Source: a bacterium
Lineage (GTDB): Bacteria; Auribacterota; Auribacteria; Auribacterales; Auribacteraceae
NCBI GenBank assembly: GCA_024233545.1
Contig: JACKPL010000010.1
Span: 6,287-70,286 of the forward strand
Direction of reading: 5' to 3'
DNA length: 64,000 bases
The position numbers were made by a program, and so were the translations under genes. The notes beneath the pieces were generated by a model. It saw only the letters and a program-made list of their open reading frames with translations, was not told the origin of the DNA and ran no database searches. Below are positions 36,901 through 48,900 of this stretch, piece by piece (positions within the stretch are counted from its first letter, which is position 1; each line of letters opens with the position of its first letter).

Positions 36901-39900
36901 GACCAAATTTTTGAAGCGGTCAGCAGTTTCGATCCGAATTCGTCAGCCGAAGAATATGTAAGTTATACTCAGCAACTTCAAAAACTGTTGGATAATTATA
37001 TTGGAGAAATGACCGTTTCCCTCAAACGCGCAACTCAGCAATTAAACAATAGAGGCACCATCGATTATGTCGTTACGTATCCTAATGGAGAACAGGTACA
37101 GTTGAGCGTATATGAATATCGCCAGCTTATGGCTCGGATGGAGCATTATGCAGGTCAAATTCAAGTGTATTTCCAACCCGGTCAGGGATTAGGCATTATG
37201 TTGCGCGATGGAGAGAAAGCTCCAAAACGGTTGCCATACCTTGTTCGAATGAATGACGAGGCGGCATTTCTCAATCAAGTGCTTGTTCAAGGCCGAAAAA
37301 GAAGTTTTGATGAATTGATGCTTGATTCGCCTTACCAGCAGAGTTTATCGGTTTCAGTGGGTGTTGGGGTTGCTGATTATGGATCAGTTCAGGCAGGAAC
37401 TTCTCCTCAAGCCAATTATATTCAGCAACGCGAAAATGCTATGCAAGTGAGAGTGCTGTACGAAACGATTGCCGCTTACATTCAACAAAAACAGCCTGAT
37501 ATATGGCAATCGCTAACACTCAATGAGCAAAAAGGGTTGGCGGCGCTTTTAGCAATTCAGAATAACGTCGATGTATCGTGGGTAAATCTTATTTCAAATA
37601 TTTATAATGAAGATATTTCTCTTTCGATGACTCGGCGCGTACAGGACATTTTTTCCGAATGGACATCGAACGATTCATTGGATGTGTTTGTCAATGCGTT
37701 ATTTGATTTATTAGTGATTATGGGACAGTCGGAATGGCAAAATTTAGCACCGGCAAGTAAGCAAGCTGTTTTCCAAACAGTTTTAAATAAATATGGCGAT
37801 GAGCTGTCTGATCAAAAGCATCGAGATAGTTTGGAAGTGTTTTTTGCTCAGCGTGAGCCTCAAGCCGCAGAATCAGCTCCGGTACTTACCGCACAAGATA
37901 TCCAATTTCTTTGGATGATATCGGATCAGGAAGTAAAAAGCTCCGGTGAATTAGGTATTATTCAAAACGAACTGAAGCGATTCTCAAGTTTGATCGAAAT
38001 GCGCGAGAGAGCATTGGATGAGCGGCAGACAGAATTGGATACTCTGAAAACAACAGATTTAAAACCTGAAATACAGCAAACGATTACTACCGAAGAGGCA
38101 CAAATAGGCTATGAAACGTTTCTTCTCAATCAGTTGCGAATGAGTGTACAGCATGCTTCTTCAGTTTCAGTTGTTCAAGCTGTGGATGATTTTAATAAAG
38201 AATTCTCCGGCATGATGCGTATCGATGCATCACGTGAGTTTATTAACCAAAACCCCGATACAATCCGTGCACTTATTGAATTTTTGCGCCAACCGCTTGA
38301 ATTTGATGAGCAAGCGCATCCTGATATAGTGAAAATCCAGCAACTCCTCGATCAGTATTCTTCTGTGCGTTCTCTTTGGAATAGCGGGCAACAGGAACAG
38401 GCGATAGAACAGCTTCAGGCACTTATAGGGCAAATAGCCGAATTTCTAGGAACGACACAATTTTTAAGCGGCCAACCATCTCTCGCACAGTTTGAATATG
38501 ACCTTGATTTACTGAAGAATTATGTTGATGGAACTGAACAGGATATTCGTCAGATTGAGCTGTTTGGAGGAATCGGACTGTTGCATAAAGAACTTTTACG
38601 CCGTGTGCCAGCCAATCTCTATATACCGGCATTGTTGGCAGTTCCCGGGTATATTGCCGGCAATATAGTTCCTGTAGCAGGCGTAACGGATATCGTAATT
38701 AGTCTTAAGACTGCTGAGTTTGAACCGCGCCAATTCGATATTTTTGATGAATTGAACAGGAACCGATACAGAGACGAAGGCATTGTGTATGACCAGCAGA
38801 CAATTTTCATCAATACGGATCGCATTGATCCGCAATCCGAAACTTTTTTTGAAAGTGTTGCCGATACATTCGTTGACAGTTATATTTCTACGTCCCGAAA
38901 AATTTCCAATGAGATAGATGCCCTTGAAAGGGCAGGTTTGCCTGCGGATTTGCGGATGTATCAATTCGGTGCGGAAGCGTTGGAAAAATCAGGTGCTCCC
39001 ATCCGGCTTGAAAATGGATTTCAGGCACGGGACATTGTATTATCCGGAGATAATTTCGGATACAGTATTCCTGTCGCTTTGCCTCCTCATAAATTTGAGC
39101 AATTGCGCCAGAACCAATTAGCAATGATGCGGCTTGTGCAAACCTATATTACCCAAGCATCACTTTTTGTCAGTGAACAGTCTGATTTTGAAACTGCTCG
39201 GGATTTTTTACAGGAAGCGGGACGGCTTGCAACAAATTTGCAGTTGTTTTCTCCAGTACTCGTCAACAATATACTGAATACAATAAAACGTGATCTGGAC
39301 GATGTGGAAGCACAATTGAAATTAGCCCAAGGAGAACCGCCGGCAGATTCAATCTTGCTCTATGGCGGCCGTTCGGATATCTTTAAGCAAAATCCGATTC
39401 TGACAGATACCCCTACGGTGAGGCGTTTGCTTGATGGTGCATTCAATAATCTTGCGAGCGGTTTAGGTGAAGATGTTGCACGTGACGTTCGAAACCGTTT
39501 TTCAATTGTTATAGGAGCACGCCCTCGAGAGAATATCCCCGTGAATGTAATTTACATCAGCGCCGCAAAATTCGATATGCTTCGTTATCTTGCTTCTAAT
39601 GAAAATACTGAAACCACTGCGTCAATACTTTTAGCGCGGTATTTGTTTGATTCATATAAAAATGTTCCGCAATTATTATCGAAGATATTCCTCGACCAAA
39701 TTGCTGTTTCAGAAAATGCATTGGAAAAATACCTTATACCGGTTCAGGTCAATAGTACCGAGCCAAACCGCGATTATACAGGCGAAGTGATTATTCCTCA
39801 CGATATTCGGTATAATCAGCTGGGACAACCATTTGCTAACCTTAGCGGACGCCAAACAGTAACAAAATTTCGCAATGGACAGCCTGTTGAAGTTGTAAAT

Positions 39901-42900
39901 CGAGGCCAACAGCAAGTGGCAATTGACCCGCGGTCGGGATTGCCGATTCGCCAGAAAGACGGTTCATTGGCAGGTGAAGCAGTGCGCTATGAAAGCGAAC
40001 GAGTTTTTTCATTATCCTATATGCAGGGCGACCCGCAGATCGGCGGGTTCAGTCTTGTGCGTAATAATGAAGGTGATGCGACGAGGCTTGATTTGCTGTC
40101 TCGTGCTGAAAAATGGATCGGTCCGTTATCACAGGGTGAAATGATAAACGATGAAATCGTTGGCAGAGACGAGGTCTATGTTTTATCTAAAAATGGGACT
40201 CCTGTTGCGTTAATCAAAGCGCGTGATGAAAAAGATACGGTTATTCCGCTTGTCTCTTCAATAGAACTCATACGAGTGCTTGGTGTTGAGTCCCATGAAG
40301 AAGCAATGCAGGAACTGAACACAATGGCAGAGAACCGCCGCGTTAAAGTTCGCGAAATTGAACTGAAATATGCTGAAAGACAAACGGCATATGAACAGCA
40401 ATCAAGAGAACCTGGCAGGACAGCTCGGGTTACGTTGGCGTCTATGGCGGGTTTAATGTTACTGCAGACATTAAGCGGATGCGCAACATCAATGGGGCCG
40501 CGCCCTGATTTGCCTGTGGGCGATGTGTCTTACCAGCCGCCAGTTGTACCTGATGACGGTTCTCCCGTTACGGATATTTCACGGTATACTGGCGTAACCG
40601 ATACGCAACCTAGTTTTCCTCAAGCCATATTGTTTGATGCACAGCAAGGTGGTTTAGACCTTTTGAATAAAGCATTAACTGCCGCTGAAAACGAGCTTGC
40701 CGGCCTTGAAAAACATGGGGTTGTAAACTCTGACCGCGCAAAAATTCTCAAAGACCGGATTGGTGTTCTCAGAGACCGAATTGCAAGTTTAAGCTCATTG
40801 CCCACAACTCAAATTCCTCAAATGGAACCTGATACTCGCAGAACTTCTCAGCAGTCCGGGCAATACGTCGACAGGCAAGTTGATCGAACCGGTGTGGTGC
40901 AAGGGCAACCCGATATTGTCTTTCCTCCTCAGCTTGCATCGGAACTGCAAAATATTCTTAGCGCTCAGGAATATAAAACGTTAATGGCAGATATTGTGAA
41001 GTTTAGTGTAAATCAAACTATAGATGCAGGCAGTCCGGCGTTTACTGGAGATAAAAAGTTTGATGGTTGGGTACGGAGCTATGATGGTGACGAGTCCGAT
41101 AAGGATTATCCGTTCCTTGCAAAACCGGGAAGGGTGTTTGGGTATGATCAATCACTCAGCGTCTATGCGGATATAGCAAATAAGGATTATGCAAAAGCAA
41201 AACGAAAAGTCGATGCTCTTTTCCGCATAATGGAATATGAAAGAGGGCGAGGATTAGATAGTGTTATACGGTTTAGTTATAATACCGATGGGACAGGATA
41301 CGAGGCGGCTCTTTCACCGATGGGAAATACGTCGTGGGTACTTAAATCAATCTTTGCGTATATGGATGTAACTAATGACCGGTCGTATTTGTCAGGAAGG
41401 AATGGTGAACTACTGCTTGCATCTATGCGGTATGTTCTTGATAAACAAGTGCTTGATAGAGCGGATGTGCGGTACGGTTTGTTTCAGGGCGGGTCTAAAC
41501 CGACAATTGTAGACGGCAAAATTCAGAGTATTCCAATGGAAGTTGTTTTTTCTGAACACAACGCCGATGTGCATGACCTCTTGAACCTTGCGTATCGCGT
41601 TACCGGTATGCAAATTTATAAAGACAGGCGTTTATTGCTTGACCAGCAAATGTTGCGCACTCTGTTTGTCGATGATGCACGCGGTACTTATTTTAAGCCT
41701 AATCTTGACCGGTCAGGAGAAACAAAACAAGGTATTGCTATTGACAACCTTACATGGGGAGGCAGTATGGTTTTAACCATGGATCACCTTCCTCTCGCAA
41801 CCCGGCTTGACATTACTCGAAAACTGATAAATCACATAAGGAATAATTTTGCAGTCGAACATGTTCCGGGACAACAAGAAGCAAAACCGGTTGCATTAAC
41901 GCCAAGTTTTGTTGCGCAACGAATCGCTAAGCCATCAAATGCGGTGGTCGGCTTGAAATTTTTTGATGAGGTTTTTAGAGATGATTTTCTTACCCAGCCG
42001 ATTGATTGGGATTCGCCTAATATTATGTCCGTACAGTTCGAGGCAACTATTGGTTATATTCATCTCTTAATTCAAACTGCGTACCTTACATCTGATTCTT
42101 CTGAGCGGGCACAATTGATCAATGAGGCGAAGTTCTTGTTTTCTAATATTCAGAAATTTCACGCGGGAAACTCAAAAAAGGGAGGGATTTCTTATTCTAC
42201 CCGCCCGATAACAGGCATACAAACATCTTTGGAATCGCTTGTTGCGTCTGAAACACTGCGGACACTTACCGGCATATGGAGCAATCCCGATTTATTATGG
42301 ACGTTCATCGGAGCATCCAGTCAATCGTTGCAAGGCGATAAAACAGTCCAGCCGATTGACCCTAACCTTAACCCAATAAACGCGGTCATCTTAGGAACCG
42401 ATGCGAAACCGGATATTCTCAGCCAAAGCCTGCAAGGGCGTGTACCGGAAAAAGTTACACCGGCTGGAACCGTTGTCATTGATGCGCGTACGCAAACAGC
42501 AATTCATGCTGAAAGCCAATATGGAACCGTAGCAGTTGGAACCGCTGAAGACACTTCCGTTTCGCGAGTTTTCAGGGAAGATTTTGCATGGGTTGTTGAT
42601 TTTCTCCGAGGGTTAGGTGAAAAACCGGATTTGTCGCCGCAACAAGTGCAGAAATGGAATAACACAATTCTTAATCCAATCAGTTGGCAGGCAGATATAT
42701 CTGCAATAGCCCCGCTTAAAAGATTAGCACAAAATACGCAATATTCGGCAACGATTGAAAAGGGCAAACTTCGTATTCTCGTTGAACATCCGATTGCCGC
42801 GGCGCAATTCAGGGGCGTTGAATTTAAAAATGCCGGCGATAGATTTGAAATAACAATCATTGGGAATGAAGTACGAGTCAAAGCAACATTAAATGCGGCT

Positions 42901-45900
42901 GAATATGAACGGTATAAAGATATGTCCGATGTTACTCAACGAATATACCGTGATTTATCTGCTCCGGCAGTATTTAAACTGAGCGATTTTCCAAGCCTTG
43001 CAGGATATGCGGATCAATCCGGAAAACCAGTCGTGATACAAGCGCGGCTTGATGCGTCGAGGCAAAATCTTTTAGTAGAAGACAAACAGCCGAGCATTGT
43101 GGTAAATGCCGCATCAATTTTCGGAAATCAGTTTTTTGCGCCGGATAATCAAAAGTTTACGCTTTCTATTGATGGGAGAAACCGTCTGAATATTACAGAA
43201 AATACTGATTTAGGTTCAGTATTCCAAAATCCGTGGTCACCCAACATTCCGGCTGAAAAATTACCGCAAATGTTTGCGGCATTGCGTGCATCAGGGCATA
43301 CAGCGATTTATGTGAATACGGATCCGCTAGTCTATAAAAATACAATTCATGGCACAAATACACGCCGTTACTATATGGCAATGATAGAACTTGCTCGCCG
43401 CGAAGGTATTAAAGTGTTTGCTGTACAAGGAAGCAGTGATTGGGTAACAGTTTCCGGTGTATCTGATGCATTGCTTTTTGTTGATGAACTTGGAAAGAAA
43501 CAACTCGATTTTGATGGTTATGTCTTGGATGTTCGCCCTGAACGCATGAAAGATTGGAATACCTATAATGATCAAGATAAAGATATTTTTATCCAACGGT
43601 ATTCTCGATTGATGGAAGAGTTACGGCAACGGCTTGCATATTATGCCGGTGGGCAGAAAGAAATTTTTTCATATGTATCGCCGGATGTCGAATCGCGTAA
43701 AACGTATCGGTCTCCTAAGGAAGTTAGCGATGTGCTCGTCATGCAGCATACAAGTGTTACAGATATCCTTGCTCAATTACAGCAATATGATCCTCAGCGT
43801 CCGTTTCAGCTCTATATAGAAACAAGTTTATTAAACGATCCGTCGCGGACTTTTGCACTAAAAGAAGCGGAAATGGCTTCAGTTTTACGCGATTTGGCAA
43901 AAAGTTTACGTTCAAACCCGAAATACGGCGCCCTGTTTAGAGGGTTTGTTGTAAACCATGATACCGGCGAAGATATTTTACACGTTCTTCAAACGGGAAA
44001 AGGACGCGGCGCCGGTGATCGAATGGAAGACAGTATCTATAAAGCGCCTGACGGCGCAGTACATATTACCGGCAATATGTACCAATTTATCGTAACGGGA
44101 GGAAAACCTGAAGTAGTGCCATTGGGAGCTGATAGTCCTTCTGCTCAACAAGAAACAGTGCGTACGATTCGTTCCCGCCTTGAAGCGATAGCGCGTGGTA
44201 TCACCGGCGCTGGAAATATTGATCATATGGCGCGGAGTGTTATCGAGACTATTCGGCGTGATAAAGTAACTGTCATGTCAGACGCGCCTCCATTGGGAGC
44301 TGAAATCGGGTCATTGATATCGTATTCAAATATTCTTTGGGGGCAACAATATACTGATTTGGGTCAAATCAATAATGTTAAGATTGTTGGTGTGGATGAA
44401 AGCGGTAAAACTGTCGCAGAATGGCATGACCTGATTAACAATCCTGTACCGATCGTTGTTGGGATTCACAGTAAAATTGTAAAATTAAAAGTTCAGGTTG
44501 ACGTTAAAAGTGCAGATACTGCCGGCAAAGTATTTCCGGGTTATATTGCTTTCCTCACCCATCATCCCGGAAGCGGCGGTGTTGTGACAGAAACTGCATC
44601 TGATGAATTTATTCTTAAACAAGGCGAAGGAAGAACAATTGCGTTTGAGGTCCCTGTAAGCCGTGAAGGTTTTAACAATTACAGTATCATGCTTTTACAT
44701 GGTAAAAAATTCAGCAAGTCTGAGGCAGTGGTCGATCAAGTTGGGTTTGCTCAACGGTTCAGCATCGTTGAGCACTGGATTAAAACACATGCAAGCGGTT
44801 TCCCTGAATTTTATCGAGATGCAATTGTCAATGATGTTAATTCTCAGATCAATCAAGCCGGAGTGTTCTCTGGTGTGGTAAAAAGCAGAGTCGTTGTTCA
44901 GGATTTTACCATTGATGATTTTACCGTTGCCAAAGGCAGAACCATTGCAAACCTTCTTGCGGCATCCGGTATTACCGAGTTAACGCTTGATGGAGAAAAA
45001 CTGCGGCAACTTATTTTGCAGAGCCCTAACGAAAATCTTGCGAAAAAGCAAATTGCGGATTTTATGAATCTGATTACGGAACAAAATATCAGATTGGTTT
45101 TGATGGTCGGTAATAGGTCATGGTTGGATTCCCTGAACGGTAAACAAAATATGCAGAATGACCTTAACGCTATTTTTCGCATGAAACTTCCTTTCAACTC
45201 TGTAGTGTTGAACCTTGGCGATAACATTGCGGCGGCATATGATATCCTTCCCGAAATCCAACGATTGGCATCAAATGAGGGGCTTGCAGATAGCCAGTTG
45301 CGTCCGGTTGAAGTATATGATACCACCGATTTACAACCGGTACCGCCTGCGCGTCAACAAACAGTGCGGTTAGACAATGCGTTGCAGAATCTGATAGATA
45401 CGATGCGTTCAGCTGAAAATTTACAACAGCTTCGCGACGATTCTCGGTCGTTTGTCAATACCCAGCAAGTAAAGCGCGGGCTTTTCCGAGGAGCGGTAAC
45501 AGGCTATGATGCTAACGAAAAACATCCTCAGTATGGATCGGATGAATACAAAGCATTGATACAATTTGGAAGAGTAAACCCGTATGACGTATCAGTGAGC
45601 GTTTTCGCCGATATAAATAATGGCGATTACCGTTCAGCGCGCACTAAAGTACGTTCATTGCTTAGAGTTATCCAATCTGAACAAGATAGCGGGTTTAACG
45701 GTGTTGTTCATTTTTGGTATAATACTGACGGCGATGAGTCTGTATCGGGGATTGCACCGTTAGGAAATACTGCATGGACACTAAAAGCGATTTTCGCATA
45801 CATCGATGCAACCGGCGACCGTTCTATACTTGAAGGGAAAAGCGGCGAATCGTTGCGTAAATCTTTGGATTTTGTCTTATCGCAACAGGTTACCGATTCC

Positions 45901-48900
45901 AAGGATCCGCGTTACGGGTTATTTATGGCTGGGTTGCGCCGTAATGTAGATGCTTCGGGCGTGGCGATTGATAAGTCTGGACGCCCGATTCCCAAAGGAG
46001 CTCCTGCCGTTTATAATCAGATGGGGCATGTGGTTTTTGAGCATCAGGCAGACGTTCATGACCTTTTTAATTTAGCCGCAAGAGTTTTGACGGATAGCCA
46101 AGATACGCAGAAACGAACCGCAATACAATCCGCTCGAAAATTGCTTGACCGTGAAGTTATGTCCCGAATGTTTGTCGATGCTGGAACAGACGGAGCGTTT
46201 TTTATCCCCAATCTTAACGCTGACGGTACACGGGGCGTCGGAGAAGCAATTGACGACCTTACGTGGGCGGGAAGCATGGTTCTAACGATGGATGAAACTC
46301 AGCTTTCACAAACCCAGAAATTGCAAATTGTCCGCCGCATGATCGCTTATATAAATAAGAATTTTATCGTCGAGCATGACCCAAATGTTGAAAATGCACA
46401 AAATGTTGCTCTTACACCTGCTCTCATTGCTAACCGGTTATCGCGTCCAACAACGACAATAATCGGCACAAAGTTTTTTGATGCAAAATTCAAAGACGAA
46501 TTTGTCCCTGAAAGGAATTGGGATGACCCAAAAGTTTTGTCTGTCCACGTTGAAGGAACACTTGGATACATTAACCTATTGTATCAAACAGCATTATTGA
46601 CACCTGACGCGAATGAACGCGAACAGTTGTTGCGTACGGCAAAGTTTTTACTTGATAATATAACAAAATTAAAAAATGCAAAATCTACTAATGGCGGTAT
46701 ACCGTATTCAACACGAGCTATCTCTGAGATTCAATCGACATTTGATTCCACAATTGCAACAGAAACATACAGAGCGTTAATGGGTGTGTTTTCTAATCCT
46801 GATCTTGCGTGGAGTTTTATCGGTGTGCGTGAAGCATCGTTGCCGAGAATACCTACGGTGCCGACTATTCCGCAAACAATTCAAACTTCTCAAGATGTCC
46901 TAAATTCGCTTCGTACGGGATTGGACATAGCTCCATTGCCGTTTACTAATTTCAATTCACTGCAAAATGTCCTGCAAAGCATTCCACAGGCAGATTCGGA
47001 TGCATTGTCGGAACGGGCTCAATTGGTAACTGAACAAGACCTTGAACAATACGTTGATATTGGTCTTTCAAAGTTATCTCGCGTTGAACGGTTGTTAATG
47101 GGGTTTTCCCGTGTAAAGCGCTTGCCCAGAGTTCAGTTGGGAGAATCGGCCGCCGAAGTGGATTTGGTTACTTCAAGAACTATTTTTGTCGGAACCGATA
47201 CAGCACCGTATGTTACCGTTAATATTGAAAATACCGGAAATCTGGCGGTAGGTGCCTTTACAGCTATTGTTGAATTACGCAATACGGTAACAGGTGAGCG
47301 CAAAGAAATTGCATTTCCTATTCTCATGCGGCAAAAAGAAGCGCGGCAAATTAACCTTCCGATCGAACATCTTGAAGCAGGGCAGTGGCGGTATGATATT
47401 AGCGTTGTCCCTGAATATTTTCAGAGAGACCGTTCTTTTATCCCGTCAAAGCCTTTAACAGTTGGGGGTACTACGGTAAAAGTTGGCCAATGGGACTTTA
47501 CAGCGTTTATGCCCGGTGAAAAAGGCGAACCGCAAAATGAACGAACAGTACGGTTTCAAAACTATGAGTTTCAGCTTATCGAAAATTATGGGCCTAATAA
47601 TGCCAATGCAGTTCGGTTCTATGATGAAAAAGGCGTACCTCAAATTAAAGTTCTCACTGATAGGCGCCAAGGGGTCGATTTTGAGTTCGGGCCTTCCCGC
47701 ATTAGAGTCAATGTGAGTAAAAATTCGTTTAATGAATGGGCAATTGATGTTGGCGGCGAAGAAGCGACCATCGCCCGTCTTCATAGCGGTGAAGAAGTAT
47801 TAACGGTGGGTGTCCCTCATAAAGCCCGAATATTCGGCTATATTCAGAAAGGGTTACCCAAAATCCAAGTTACCAATATTGAGGTTGATACAAAAAAACG
47901 CTACTTAGAAGATACGGTATCGCAAATTATTGACTTAGAGTATAATAAAGAATACAAACTGCAGGGGCATACACTGGTATTTAAAGGGCACCCTAACGAT
48001 GAAATGATTCAAATTCAGGTAACTGCTCCTGACGGAAGTATCGACCGGCGAGTATTTCATCGCGATTCCCCCCGAAGAGTTGTTGAGTTAGATTCTCATG
48101 TATTTATTTTTGGAAACAATGCTGATGGAAAAACCGTGGGTGTTATTTCAAGGGTGAGCAATGTAACATTCACTTTTGATGTAACAAATGATGGCGACAG
48201 CCCGCTACGGTATCAGCCGGAACTGACCTTTTATCATCCTCTTGTTGGTGAAGTGTCTCTGCCCGGAAGGGTGCAGTATACGATAAACCCCGGAGAGACA
48301 AAGCGCATAAGCATGGATGGCCCTGTCCCTGCAGATATCCTTGCAAAAGAGAAAGAACGCCTGCTTGATGCTCTGTCAAATGCCCGTTTGCTTCAGGAGG
48401 AATATGATAACTTTTATATTGAGAAAAGAAGAGAAATCGATAGCGGCGAACGTCATAGGAGTATTGTTCAGGGTGAACTACAAACACGCCAAAACCAAAA
48501 TAAAATTAAATTGGCTGGATGGTTGCGCGATTCGATTGCCCTGATTAAAGAAGTGCAGAATAAACATCTTGTCCAAGAAGCGTTTATTGCGTACCGGCTT
48601 GATTTAAATGCGCGAATTGCTCAGTTGCAGAGTTTGATTTCAAAAATTGAAGACCCTAAACTTTCGCAAGAGGAATACGGCGTTTTATCGATTCAGATTA
48701 TTCATACAATGAATATAGTAATGGGTGATTTGAATGATTTGTCCACGCAGAAAATGGGATATAAAATATCTATCCATGACGTATCGAACCTACTTGGCGA
48801 AAAGGTTTATTCGCGCGGATTGTCCGGTGCTCCCGGAGCTACAACACAACAACCGGTAATACGCGATGTTGTTGTCGAACCTGTATTGGTTAAAACCGAA

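Noticed and set aside
40444-40446. Met3204 as an independent internal start that would split the giant ORF into two genes
   Set aside because: There is no stop codon upstream in frame and no Shine-Dalgarno in front of the ATG. The n-region of the lipoprotein-like signal lies upstream of this Met, so a start here would truncate the signal.
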